DNA of 52,658 nucleotides from Callorhinchus milii (taxonomy: Eukaryota), in NCBI RefSeq assembly GCF_018977255.1, contig NW_024705346.1, positions 1-52,658 of the forward strand, written 5' to 3'. The translations under genes were made by a program, and so were the position numbers. The notes beneath the pieces were generated by a model, which saw only the letters and a list, made by a program, of their open reading frames with translations, did no database searches and had not been told where the DNA came from. Every line of letters begins with the position of its first letter. Positions within the stretch are counted from its first letter, which is position 1. This document shows positions 1 to 15,000 of this stretch, one piece after another.

Positions 1-3000
1 CTAGCACCAAGACAATCGACGGGTTCCATAGCGAAAATACCTGCTTACGCTTGCTGTCATTGTGGCATTTGCACCGCCACAGAAAGCTACAGTTCCCAAC
101 CCATACTGAACGGGACAGTGTGCTGCTACTGGGCTATCACATAACATATTAGCAGCTTACTACTGGTATCCGGGTAGGGCATCGTTCTTAAAAAGTTCAG
201 GATGACATGACTGCACAACATAGAGTATGCGACACAAAGCTTGGTGCACCGAGTCTCCCAGATATTAGATATCGCCGCCGTTCTGCGGTAGGCCTGCCAT
301 CTGTTAGAACGCCATATAGGTAGCAGTGGGTGAAATCATTTTGCGTATGCGTTTAGGCTCCGTGGAGGGGAATCCCGACGTGCCTGTCTCAATTGGCATA
401 ACAAGACTTCGGTGCAACATGTTGATTTAAGGGGCGGGATGCGCTTGCGACCTCAGCCAATAGGCATCGAAAATGTCCCCGTTCTGAGGACTCTTTAGCA
501 CGGTTCTCTTAGGTTCTTAGGGCTTCCTAGGCCTTACAACACGGGGTACGTTCGCCGTATCAGGCGAAGGGACCTGGGCTTCCGCCGGCGTCCAGTGGGA
601 ACCAGGAACGACAGATTTGTGACAGCGAGTCCATATGCCTACGATTAACTCAATTTAAAACCCTAGTACTAGTCACAGTCTATCTATGATTTTACATTTT
701 ATCAGCGAGCAAGTAGGCTATAACGCATAATTCGGCAGTTCGGCGTATGCGATGCCGGCCTGCGCATCGGAACTGTACTGCGACCATCAAGCGTCGATAT
801 GCCTTCCGTCTGCTATGGACCGAACTGCTGACGAATCGCAGCTTAATGTAGCTTGAATAGCGCGCTATGGCACGACGCGAGACTAGTGCGACGATCTGCG
901 CAAGCGGTTTTGAGTGATTATGACCCGACAGCAAGTCTAGAACTCAGGTTTTAAGGCAATCGGGCCTGCATGTCCAACCCATAGTCCCCTGGCAACGGTC
1001 GCATTTATGGTATCTCCTGTATACGAAACTCCTAGAAGGGTGTGCGAGGGACTGTGTTTGAGAGTGTACTGTGCTCTGCTGGTGAAGCGGCAAGGGGGAG
1101 GATCTTTTCATCGCTGAGGTTAATTCGGTTCAGCCGGGTTACTTTTTTCACATTGGCCTAACTCGAGTAAAGTTTGCAGTTAAGGGAATAACAACCGTCC
1201 GGCGAAAAAGGAAATGATTCTCATTTGACCTCTGTCAGAATGTATAGTTGGCCGAGATGCTTGCTACAATTTAATAGATCCATTTGCAGGGCGTTAAGTT
1301 ATATACCTAACACAGCAATCCTCCGCGAACCATTTAGCCCTCATCTACTTTGTCGGGGTACGAACATCACCTACTTCTTTCAAGCGAGCAGATGGTCTTT
1401 GGTGGGCAAAGGGTAGATATCTTATGACAGAGACCAAGGTGGTGCCTCATTGCGGAGTCATTCTCAGATGAACACTCTCCGCGTGGCGTCCAACGAATTC
1501 ACACCAACAATGGAGGGATAGTAGGTTAACGAACCCACATGTAGTACTTCTGATAGTCGGAGAGATGCTGGCAACGCGGATTCTACACGTCTCAGGTATA
1601 CGCACTAATGGCTAATGGCAATCCGGTATAATTATTTGGTGGCCAGATGTGCTCCAGCTTGCGTTAGTCTGCAGCTCCACCCAGGCGACTTATAGCTGTA
1701 CGCATACACATCGTCCGGCCCAGTATATGCGGCGACGCTCGGGGAACTCAACTCTTCTTAACATCGCAGGAAGATCCGGTGGTGGGGGCACTCGGTATTT
1801 CTCAACCGTCCCGCTACGTTGAGTTACTGAAACCACATGTCGAATTCCTGCATTTCATGCCATATCTGTCAGCTTACCGTGGTGCGGTCCTCCAAGGGGC
1901 GCTAAGGCTCGCACATTTCCAAAAAGAACCAAAAGATCCTGAAACATCCTGAGTTAACGGACCGATACTGGGCTGGCGGGGCTCCAGCCGAGTTGTTCTT
2001 GGTAAGGCTGGTGACCCCTAAGGAAGGGGAACTTCTGCTATATTACCTGAGAGCCATCGTGTGTATAGTCACGCCTAAGCGGCCCCATCTGCGTTTGGCT
2101 TATACGTATCTAAGGTCTGGATTAAATATGCAGATGCGAATCTTAAATTACACACTTCATAGATAGCATTTGAATCGCAGCCATGCAAGTTTCCCCTGGG
2201 TGACTTCGGGAACAAGATGAATTTATTCACGTCATTAACACATCACTGTACGTTGCCTTCTTATACGTGTAATTCAGTGTACTCTGGAAGTTTGAATATC
2301 GAGTCCCGTAATCGAACGCTCTGAGTCTGACTAGGATGTCCTTCGACGTAGTAATAACGAATACGACGTATTACGGCTGTAGTTTGTCGTGTGCGCTCTC
2401 ATGTGAGAGTATATTCGCTGAATATAGTTAACATGCCAATAGTCCCTTCGCCCCTAGCAACTTCGCGTGCACGCATTAGCCTTCGGGTCAAGACCACGCA
2501 GCTAGGACCGTCTACGGACCTGATGACCCGAGGTGATGACAACGACGGATGGCACCAGGGGGGCCCCCTCCAATTGTTGACACGTCTCGATCCTGAGCGA
2601 CCGTTTTGACGCCTATTCGCATTAATCTCTACCAATTCCCTCAAACGGCGTATCAGAGAAAACTAACGTGTAATCGCCCTCTTTGTTAACATAACAGAAT
2701 CAGACTCTAATGATCGAAAAACAGTACGCGGCCTATTCCGACACAGATTTCATTAGAAATTAAAATACCCCGGCGCACTTACACCACAAGGAGTCTCAAT
2801 CCACGGATGATGGAGCCCCAGGAAGGCCAAAGGTAGAGAAACGGAGTACATAATAATAAATGCGAAAGTGTCCGCCACACACTCCATCGCCGCTTAACCC
2901 CTCTATTGCCAGATGAAACGACCAGAACACTCCTTCCGTGAGACGATCACCAGGAATGCGGTTCTTGCTAACATTCGGATGCCTACGACTGCATCTGTGG

Positions 3001-6000
3001 CTTTCTTCCTTACTGTTTATCTTCTCATTTAGGAACCTAGTTTCCTATTGCTGTGCCATCGCCAGAAAGAAGGTAATGCCCATCCGCAATTCCTAGTCCA
3101 GTCGTACAAGATGGAGAATCCAATCCCGGGTCAGCGACAAGCTGCACAGTCCTAATCTTCGTCTGGCCACATAGATCGATGTTCGTCGGGCTCACCCGTT
3201 TCGGTAATGAGGAATGTCTTGGCACGTTTATGGATAACCAATACTCAAACTTGGCTGTGGCGGCTTAATTCATGTCATTCTGGGTACAAAAACGGTAGGT
3301 CTAAGTTGGTACAGTAACGGGCCTCGTTGACGGCTTGTCGCTTATCGCATCCGTACTATACTCACCGCCCTGAAGATACCCGAGCTACTCATTACAATGC
3401 TAATATACAAGCATCCCGAACCGTCAGTGCATGCTGTATGGGAAAGGACTCTGCTCTGTTCCTCGCTGGGGTGACACGGGGCATTTGGGACGCCTCAAAA
3501 CCTATGCGACGTAACTAAAGAAGTAATTTTAAATGCACTTTAGTCACGCGAAATATTGTTCACTTGCAAAGCTCGAACGTAACGATATCGAGAATCAGGA
3601 TCTAGGAACCTACCCGGGCAGGTAATATGGTGTTACTCACGGTGTGTTACCATTGAGTAGTGTTGCTACTAGCCTAGTGCAACAGGCTTAACGACCAATT
3701 GGAAGTAGCCGGCGAATTTAAGGATTACTTTGTCGTGGGACTCTCAATGAAATCATATCCTAAGTGTGAAACCCTTTGCGTGCCCCCAATAGTCGTGTAA
3801 GCTCAAACTAGTCATCAAGGTCACAAGCGCCGACCAAGCGGGTAGGTCATTTCAACAACATTGCAGTTTCCGACCCGTTAGCTCGCCAACGCACGCCAAT
3901 CACCTGAAGCAAAGTGATTTAGCGGTGGAGAACAGCAGCCATACAACCGGCGTGGTTAAATTGGTGAAGGTCCTGATCAGGGCCATGCGCGTCCCCGGAA
4001 CGCCTGAGACGCCAGCAACGTTCTTTAATCTGGGTAGCGACGCACTCACCCAAGTAGGCAACGTATAGGAATGCTACCGGCTTAGTTGGGCCTCCAGTGT
4101 TTTGCCTCCGTATTCCGACATTAGCTCTATCTAAACCTCCAATCTCCTACCGCGATTATAGCAATTATCGTGAGTTTAATGCCGATAGCAATAGGAAAGG
4201 ATTTGATGCGCTTCAACAAGTGTCCGAACCACTCGTCAAAGCTGTCACGCTATCAAAATATACGTCGCAGAGTAGGGACCTGTGAGTGTGCCCAGCAAAG
4301 GGTGTATATGGTCGGAATATTTTGGTGTCTGGCCCAGGACTATTCGGTAGAGATGACCAGGCGCAAAATGCAGAGCTCCCTAAAACACGACCACACCAGG
4401 GCTAGCCTTAACGAAATATGGCGACACAATATTACAATAGGTAATCCCAGCTACAGTCGGTCGAGCCGTGTGAGGCAGCACGGTTCGGGCTGCATCGACC
4501 GCGACAATATGATAGGGGCAACGACATTTCTTCTAGCCACAGAGTAATCCATTTATTGCTTAATCAACAGTGCTCGCTCCATACCCTCCGCAGAGCGAAA
4601 CTGCAACTGAAAATCCACGGCCCACACTATTTGAACCCCATGCCTCTGCCGCTCACTCGTCTCCGCACTATAAACAGCGTGCAGACAAGTCAACGCCTAA
4701 CATACCTTAAGAATGTTCCCTACGGGCCCCACGGAAAAACGCATCAGGACGGTTTCTCACAATCAGGTTGGCAGCAGACACTAGAATATGGGTCTCTCTC
4801 AACAAGCCTCGTACGGCTAAGTACCGCGCACCTCCCTGCGCGTCCTAAGTCACATAATGCACATGCCACAGCGCTCTAAATGTCCCATGCCGAAGGGGAG
4901 AACTATGAGTGTAACCAGATTCCACCGGTTAGAAATTGTAACCTTAGCGGGGTAATGACTGGACCGAATATGGGCCAGAGTAAAGGCCGATACCAATGGA
5001 TGTCATCTGAGATGGTAAGATTCATCGCGTACTGCGAACATAAAATGGGGCCCTTCGCGCGGGTACTTGTAGACTAGAGGGCATCAACACTGGTTAATGT
5101 GAGATGAAGACGCAACATCGAATCAGCTCTCCTTTTTTGTGTAGCTGTATGATAGTTGAGCCGAGACACATTCCATAATCGCAATGTGCGGATGACTTGG
5201 GCCTCAAGGTTCGTTGTGTTATGCAAGTCTCAAAAAAACGATCAGTTCGTACAGGGAAGAACATCGGCGACGAGCTGAATTAGAAATCCAATCAACTCAA
5301 AGGTAGCAGCCGCTAAAACTTCACAGCCCAATAGAGTATCATCCAGACAGACCTTATAGTTTAAGAGCCGTTAAGTCTCTGGCTTAGCACCGGTTCTTTG
5401 TGTTGGGAGACGGGGGTGACATCTACCTTCTAAGCGAGATTATCTAAGCAGCTATCGATCTTCTCTAGAGGGTGTACCGTGCTGACATTGTAGGGATCCT
5501 TTCAAATCAGCTGCACAGGTCCGGTTCATTTCAGTAGGTGCGTTGAGAGGTTCCTACAATGTACTTAGGGTCTTAGACACTGGTCGACTTGTACCTCACG
5601 ATGTGCTAGGGCAGGTCGCATCGAATCGGGTCACTTCCTACACCAGACCACTGTGCCGTAATACTTGTGGATGCGGCGCAGCGAGAGGTGAAAAAATGGC
5701 TGCGGTGATGATGAGGTAAAAAAGCCAAATATCAGGAAGATCGTTGTGTTTTTCTTAGTATTGAAACCGAGAGCCGCCCCAAGTCTAGTTCATACAGCCA
5801 GTCCGCGAGCGTAAAATATGGGGCCCAATGTGTATGTACCCATGCGCGAGGAACAGTCCCCCCCATCATATGCCACGGACTACTTGCTCGTACTGTGCTT
5901 AGTGGGGCGCTCCGCTCGCTGTCCGTTAACAGGAGTAGAGAAGCTACCATAGGGCTCGCTCAAAGACAGCTTGAATTCCAGACTTGTCCTACGAGACCAC

Positions 6001-9000
6001 GATACTTGCTTCCTCGGCTTAATTACTATGAGTCAAACTCTATATTCAGCGAACGCTTCAAGGGAGGCATACCAACGACGTACTAGCCACTACATTAATA
6101 GTTGTGCTATAAATGGTTGTCAACATTGAGGAGGAGGATCCCTTTATGCAGAAGTCGTGTTGAAATAAGCCTCCACACAGCAAAGACGTAATTCTTCGTA
6201 GTCCCATATCTCTCCCCCGGTCATGGTATGAGTAATACGGCGTATTGGAGTCACGTGCGCCCATCACGTCAGAAATTATTCGAGAGTACAGGATGAACCT
6301 CCCGGGCGTTAGCATGCAATCGCTGGTAAACTATTACGGGAGTTAGGCGTGCTAGGTCGACGTAGTCTTATTCGCCAGTCAGAAACGGTCATGTGGTGTA
6401 GCGCGGCGGGCCACGGGGGCCACGGTAATTAGTACGGGGATACGAACATGCTCTTACTCGGCAATTTCGTCGCAGACTGCTCAGGAATGTCTCCGAGAGT
6501 TGTTCATGCTCCCTCTATCACACGAACTCCGCTTGAACCAATCAACTTGCCAGCACTCGCACAGTAGTCCAGCAACCCGTCTAAACTTCGTCCACCGAGG
6601 AATAGGCTTGGGGACATCGAAACCGACGACTTACCTCGCCGTTATGCAAGACCAAAGTTACTAACGGGCGACTATCGGGAGGATTTAGCGATAATTGCGT
6701 CACGTGAATATGTCTACATATAGCAATCGGAACAAGTAGCCGCCGCCCTCTCTAGAGCACAGTAAGCGGGAATAGGTGCGACAGACGAAAATCTGTTCCC
6801 CTGCAGGCCTTTAGAAGCACAACCGGCGGGATGCTTGTACATCCGCATCGGAGTAGGACGCAAGTATGTTTGCGGTGACCCAATAACTCATTCTGTAACG
6901 AACCCCGATCTAGCTCACGCCGGCAGAAACTTGTTGAGGTCCCCGATACAATGTACGCCAAGAGACCTTTCGAGAATTTGCGGTTCGAAGTCACTAACGT
7001 TAGCTATCATTCGACAGGTAGATTTAGGGAAGTCCAAGCACGACGCCGGTCACAAGGTGGGTTAATGTATATCTAACAGAAACACTTTAGCCATCTTCGC
7101 ACTACCTGCTTAAAGTGTAATCGGCATGCTCAGGAAGGGCCCCACACCCTTCTACTAGAATTGGGTCGGCAAGAACCTTTTTAGCTAGTTGGGATCAGAA
7201 TATTTAGAGGGGCGTGCAGGGGCCACGCCGAAACGTATTAGTGGGTCAGACTATGCCTGATTAAATGGAGATGGAGTGGTAACGAGTAGCTAATACTGTA
7301 ACGACATGCTGTGAAGTAAAGCTGAACCCTTTCCTGTCGATGCGCTGGGGCGGTCGGACTGAGATTGTCGAACAGAGTATCAAGAAATCAATTTGTCATG
7401 TTATAAATTTAAGTACTATAATTAACTTTTCGACCCACGCGCCAGTGAGTTTGTGATCGCCCCACAGTGCCCCATGTATCGTAGCTCCACCGCATTCGCG
7501 ATGGCGTGATCTCAAAGGGCCTGGCACGTACCGTATGGGCGCAAGGTAGGCAATTTGTCTAGCGCAGCTGGGACAGACCACCATTAGTTTGAAGAATGGT
7601 TGTCTATTGGCGGCCTCCACAGCGTTCATCTCGTTAATTTTAGCGGGAGATTCCTTGTTGGGCCAAGATACTGGGTACTCCCGAGGACATTGGCCAAGTT
7701 ACATCCGAGCGTACCCAAATGCAGTGACAATAGGCGCAGGACACAACACTAACACTACCACGTCTTGGCAGAGTACATATGAGCAACGTCCCGGTTTATT
7801 CCTATGTGGACGCATACGTAACGCAAACAGGTAGGCGCTAGTATGTGTTCTTGACCGGCAATTGGTTGGCATCCGCTAACAAAGCTCGTTCGGGCATCGA
7901 CTACGGTTCGTCGCTGGTGGTACCATCCCTGTACCTCACGGCCCGTTGTTCAGAACGCCACCTTCAGAAATTTCCATCTCATAGTCGGCAAGAACAACCT
8001 CGTCTTGGCAAATTCCTAGGCGGAATCTCTACGGATGGTGGATTCTCCTTAGGGACCTACATCGGAGGCTTATTTATGCAAACAGTCTGCACCTAATACT
8101 AGGTTGTGAACAATCAGATACCCGCTGGGTGCAGCGGTGGGAGGCGGACCCAAATAAACCTAATAACTATGCGTTCCACTACAGATGCACTGCCGGCAGC
8201 CTCAAGTATGCTGCGAGAAACTCAGATGTACTCGATGAATCAAAGAACTTGAATACATGTATGAATATCTGTTGGTGTATTACAGGTGGCAGCCTTATGG
8301 AAGCGGATGTAGAATCATGCTTAGTGGCGTTCAACTCGGTGGCAAATGAGGTTAACTGCATAGAATCATGATAGAAGGCCTTAGTAGCTGAAAGTTATTA
8401 ACGTCTTGGACAAGAGAGACAATGGTTTGGCGAATTGAGGAGTGCGAGGGAATGCGACGGGAAATTTTACGGTTGGCCACAGCTGTAAGAAGTCCAGAAC
8501 ACCCGAATGCTTAGATAGTACATCCGCACTCTCTTAACCACCCACGACCAGGCTATCCTATATAACTTATTGGTGCCACTAGGTCACGCGTAATCATACA
8601 TGATGAATGCGTCGACATGTTGGCCTGATAGACGAAAGGAATTATGCTCGAACGGGATAGCTTGACCACTGGGCTTTGGCACCAGGGCGGCACTAATGTC
8701 AGAAGTGTTGATCGACTGCCCGGACGCCACTGACATTTGAAATGCGACTCGCGCTATATGAGGCATTTGCGCTTCGACGCTTGGGTACTCTAAAACACGG
8801 TTGAATTGCCCGAAGCGACTGTACGAGTAACTTCATAGTATAAACAAAATAATTGGTGTGCGTTCGGGGCAGACACAGTTCAAGCGACTTGTGATGAAAC
8901 GTTGATGATTTACGTGTGTAGGGCTGCCGTAGCTTCTCCTGCCACCCGCCTGACGGGCTCCTTATTCCCTCAGGGCGTTCGCCGTTGGTGTCCGTCACTC

Positions 9001-12000
9001 TCGTCGGTTCCTACAATGCGGGTAATTTTTCGGCGCACAGTAAACGTCTTTACTGAAACTTGGATTATTAATTGTAATATGGATAGTATACAGACGAATC
9101 TCCAAGATTTCGTATCGAGCGGAGGTACGGACATTGTCCTAAAGTCGTAGCACCTTGAACTCCGCATATCGAAATCGAACGCTCATTTATCCAGCTATAT
9201 ATGATCTGTTGTTCGTGGCTCGCAGTGTGTTAGTATGTCACGAAGGGGTTTCAATGCGGACGTCGGGTATACCTGCGGTTGCTCCAAATGGGAACCGGCT
9301 ACCGGGTTGGTAACTCTGAGTACTGAACACTCCCGTTACTTTTCGAGTTTCTACAGAAAGGAACCAAGGCACCTCCAGCGACAAGCGACGGGTGCGATCT
9401 AAACCATTTTACGCGGATGGGAAACGGGCGATGGTAGCTTGACTAAGACACATAAATCGGGAACCTTGACTACTAATAATCAACGAGCGTTCGCCGGGCA
9501 AGTGGTATGTAAATGAACCTCGTGATCTTAAGCTTATGTTGTAGGGTTTTGGTCCGCCTTGTGTGGCCGTTCAAATACACCATATAGAAAGCAACAGGAG
9601 CGGTAACACACATCTGACTCACCCCAATCCTTGAAGCCCGCTCGCATTAAACCGATTCATGATGCATTCCCGTGGCTTTGACAGGTTAATGTTTTCTGGT
9701 AACAGTACTTCCTGGCACGTAACTTAGGTTTGTCTAGCTTTATCTTCCTTTGTCATAAACGTGTGACTCCTTAAAATTTTGTACCCGTTTTCACTTCCCA
9801 ACCCTCGGCCTAGACGTCACCAGCTTACGGGTGTGCATTTGCGATCTAGCGAGCGTTTCTACATTAGACATCATATATACGAATGGAGCCCCGAGAAAGG
9901 CTAAGATTAGACGATGGGTGACGTTGGGAGTTACGCCTGACGTCCCAGGAGCTACACCCGAATCTGAATCTCAGCAAAGCACGACGTCGTGGACTTAAAG
10001 ATCGTTGAGTTAGTCCGCAATATCACCAGAAAAGACTAGTAGCATCTCATTGGCCATGCATCATAAGCCTCGTTCGGAACGTGAACAAATGCCGATAGGC
10101 CTCAATAATTGAAAATCGTGTCTCGTTGTTCGTCGGACTAGGTCGTCAGTCTGTTTGTCTCCGTTAAGCACTCGTTTATTCGCAGTCTTCATTAATATAG
10201 TGCCGAAACGTATGGGCGCAAGCTACTGTCCAGGGGTACCAACACGGGGCAACTGACTCACATAGCCGCGTAGACAAATCACCTGAGCTTATCGGCTCCG
10301 TCAGAGCTCAGATGAAAACTGAACTGAAACGACTAGGTCTGAGGGGTTAGTGAAGCACAGTCGGGACCGTGCGGTAGACAACCACGTGCTGTATCTACTG
10401 GGTCCATTAGCATTAGTATTTTTTTCACGGCATTCCTTAATGCCTCAGGAAGACTAACAGATCGGATCTCAGAATAAAAGGTTAATTTCGCGTCTGATTA
10501 CGCGCTCCGAACGTACAACACTGTACCCATGTGATAGCCCGCCACCGCGGGTAAAACAGAATTGGAGTTCGTTAGATTCAAGTATGACAAAGACGTCCAA
10601 TCAACGCCTCCGGAGCCATTAATCGTGTAACGGCATCAAACAAAATGAGGAGCCCAAACAAATGGTTAAGAGCGTAGCCTATAGACATCCCAGTGGTTCT
10701 AATGTCTGAGCCTTTAGGTACGAGGCTTCGGACGCGGGCCGCCGGTCATCCCAATGACGCAAGGGGACCGGATCCCTCCTGCGGCTCGGGACTCTGGACT
10801 CCTCTCAATACTATCTTGGTCCAAGCATCATCTGGGGAAAGCAATTATCACGATACTTTTTTTGTTGTCGTCTACAGATGGCGACTCTTAGACTTTGTTC
10901 ACGTTCGATGGGATGTATGTGCAGTTTCTTGAGTTACCGAAGTACTGCGAACCTGGCCAGGGGGGTTCTAATCTAGCACAATGACCTAAGCCCAGCACTT
11001 AGGTGTCAAGTACTCATTGTACGCCGGAAAGTCTCTCAACAACGCGTCAAGTACCTTGCGAATAACACAGGGTGCGAAGGGTTCGGGGAGTACCTCTTAA
11101 CTCGAATTAGTGCCGCACCCCTGCTCGGTCCCACTCTCGTGCTCCCGATTAGAATTATTTTAAGCCGAGCGAGGCCGGTACCACTGCTGCAACTCAGGGG
11201 GCATATGTGCCATGCAGATTGTTACCATGTTGCAAGCTATCACTCTACCTGTGTCCTGAGTTGTTATTATAGGGTAGGGGTGGTGACACCATATGCATTA
11301 TCCTTGCGTACCATGACCTCCACATTGAGTTTACTGTACACATTGTCCATACGGCTCAATGCGGCCCCACGAATAGCAATCGCAACGCAAAGGGAAGTTA
11401 TGATCATTATTTAGCAGCCGGCGATAGTCAAAAAGATTTAACAACCGCCCGAAGTTAAAGATTTCACACATGTCATCTTCGTGCCTCAGCCCTATCTACT
11501 CCACGACATCTGGCCATACAACGCGGACTCGCAATTCAATCCTTGCTAGGCAGTGTTTCGCGCACCGTCCGGGGATATTATGGTGCCGGTCGTCCCGGGA
11601 TAAATACTAAGTAGGAGCCCGGCGCTCTGTGGGCATCGATCAGTCCTGCATCGACAAGATCGGCCATGATCCACGGAATCCCACCGTTGTATTCTACGTG
11701 CCCCGGCAGATTCATTCGAACTGTGGTACGGAAAGTAGTGTGATTGTCGAACCCGCTTTTTAGTCTTGTTACCGAGTCCATTTCAGTTAGCCAGCGGATT
11801 TCCATAAGTCAGACAACTTCGCACTGTCCCAGGCCACCCAAATTCCCCAAGAGAAATTGACCATCCTATCCGTCAACTTCGAAGCTAAGCGGTGGCAGCC
11901 GCAAACCAGCTGTACGCGTCGGTCTTCCACACTAACGTCAGCCTACAACTTGCTCATAAGGCAGGTTTACTGTTAGTTTGCAATGGTGGGGGCGTCAAAT

Positions 12001-15000
12001 GGTTTCGAAGACTATACATGTACAGGTTCAATTTGCTAAGTGCCGAAACAAAACGCATCGGACACTTTCGATAAGTTAACCATTATTGCACCCCAAATTT
12101 CGTATCATTAGTTCCAATCTATAATTTCCGATGGGTTACTGAGAGGTAATCGGGGCGACCCACCAAAAGCGGAGTAGGAACGCGCCGACACCGTATGTGT
12201 ATTATTTCCTCTATTAAACCCTCTAACCCAGGCGGACCGAACGGTCATGACGTAAACCATTTTTCCTTTTATGAACTTAGCTTTGCGTGCTGGTGCCGGC
12301 TGGCAGTTAGCGGCGGAGTAGATACAAAAAGGACACTACGTGGAGCTGCCTATATCCTGTATGTTTGTTCATATCCCGACCACGTCGCCATGTGTGTTCA
12401 CAGTGAAGGCTATGTTATTGTTGCGCAATCACCCCCGTTTTCCAGTCAGGCCTAAAGCAAAGGCCGGACCTCACCGTAACCCATGGTAGTTCCTTGTTGA
12501 AGGGCAGTGCACTCAAGCCTCATAATTTATACTCTACCTTATGAGCCTGCGCTATTGGAAACGAGAAGTTTAAATTCGCACTGTAGATGTACCGTACGAA
12601 AAGCCCAGGGTACAGGTGATCATCTGCAGACCGCCTCTATTTTTGAAAGATCCCTGTAGCCCCTAAGACTAGTCCTGTAATAGATACATTTGTGTATGAC
12701 CGGACTCAAGGAGGGATATCAAGTAAAGGTTAGATTGAATCCACCCGCATAACCGGGACCAAACACTCCAATTCTGCAGTCCAGGTGAGACACGCATGGA
12801 CATACAGGCTGTGCACGAATAGTAAACTGCGATTTTGCCGTCCAAGCTGGACTCACTCTGAAGTTTCGCAGTGAAGTAGTCAGAAGCACATGCATGCGTT
12901 TTATTTCATTAGTACCCTTGATATTAACTACACATCTTGATTGCAAGCTGTCGACCGTTAGCTACCAATAAGATAGACTATAGGGGCAAGTGTATCATCA
13001 CAAAACCTGCAACGGTACCGTATGAAACCCTGCCCCGCATGTTAAGCCGAGTAACAATCGTAAGGCCTTGCAAGGAACAACGGTGGCGGCCGTACTGAGA
13101 TCATCTACTCGAAAAAGCGTTGTATAGTATATTATCTAGCGGAAGGCGAAATGTGGGACAGAAATGGCAGACGGAGACAATGAGAATCTGACCCACAACA
13201 GCAGGTTCGAAACGTATCTGCCTTATCAACTGTCACTGTGTTGTCACACTTTTAGCTGAATGAAAGACTGCGCAACCGTTAGCCGGCTTGTGATTTACCA
13301 CACTGGCGATACCTCCTCAAGGTCAGATTTTTGAACCTGCGCACGGCCCCTAACGATTGATAACTTTGAGACACTCAGACTTGCTCGAACTATATCACAC
13401 ATCCTTAGGATATGCCTCCGACGAGTGCAACCGCTTATCTATCGACCTAGTTCCCTAACTGCGGGACGTAAGAGGGATCCTCTTTCTGGTAGTTGTTACC
13501 CGGGATGCGGTTTGAAGAGGATTCCTAAACAATACTATGGATTAACAGTGTTTGACTTCAGCCTCGTACCTCAGGCTGGTTACTCTATATGGTGTGCCAA
13601 GTAACCTTTGTTGAGCCGAGTCGTTCGCGGTACTCTACCGTTGTCGCACCTGTTCTCACACCGGAGGGATTATTTAACCGCGGGTGTGTTTAGGAAACAG
13701 GACTAGTCCCTGGGTGCTCTTACTGATCCTTCCGTTTTGCGAACTTGTAAGCGCTGTCCGAAGGTTGGACGAGCCACGGTGACGTCCAGTGCCGAATACG
13801 ATCAGGATAAATTATTGGCGGACCCCGGTCATAAGGCTTAGCAAAACCAATAAGATGCAGAGTACTAACCCCTCCGCGCCTTCACGGGGCGAGTGTCTAA
13901 TTTTGAAGCGCATTACCCCTCCCAAACCAATAAGCGGCCCTCCGTATCGAGCTAAGGGCGTTCTCGTAACTGTTACTATCCGATTCTCGGCTATGCCCCT
14001 TCGCCCATAGGGCTGCCTGGCTGACCAGTTTACCGTTCGATGAACATCCCGTAAGGCCAATGGCATTGGCCCAGTTTTGCCGCTTTGCGCTCAAATCAAA
14101 CACCTATAGTGGCACGCTCAGCGCGATAAGCAAGTTTTCGTCAGAGAGCGCCTTCTACCCGTGTTAGGAGAGGAGCAGAAGATAATCGGGCAATTTTCTA
14201 CCATGTTATTGAGACATCTAGCGAGAAAGTGAGTGTTCGTTCGGGAACCGTTCGGTCACCAGTCACAAGGAACACTACACGCGATACCGCGGTCCGGAGT
14301 GGGTACGAGCGCTCGTCGGCAAGTCACTTGGGTCCGACGCCACATCCCGTTATCCCGATCCGTTGTTACGTGTTCCGTCTACCATATTCCTGGTCACTGA
14401 TTAATCTCAGTAACGTTCACGTGTCGTCAACGACGTTATATCAATGCGCTGGGTGGGCTATATGCTTCACGCCCTCTCCACTTTAGCTGACGCGCGTTCA
14501 TATGAAATGGTCTAGGAGTTGACTATAAACATGCCTATCAGGCTCGCGCTGTGCGTTAGTGTATCATCTTCATGGTCTAGCATAAGCCATAGAAGTTGTT
14601 GTCGACCCCCATAAACCCGCGGCAAGAAAGAGATTATGACGTTACCCTTTTACTCTATACCACCTAAGAGCTTCTGGTCGCGTGAGGACTTGCGCTACCA
14701 CCATAGGATGACATAATGACCTTGATAAGTGCGATTCCAGGCCATGCCAAGCAGGTCCACTAGACGCAGACTGTTGTCCGCTCATGATGCTTAACCTCCT
14801 GCCCACAGTTGCCTTACATCAGTTGTATCTGGAAAAAATCGGTGGAAGAGAACCCAATACGCTCCTCCGGTTTGGTAGCTTCATCACCATACTAAATTTT
14901 CAAATATGTGCCTATCCGTGACAAGGATCATAAGAATTCTTAAGGATCCCAGTATTGACCAAATCGGTAATATATCTGTGGTACGTCTATACCCCTAGCA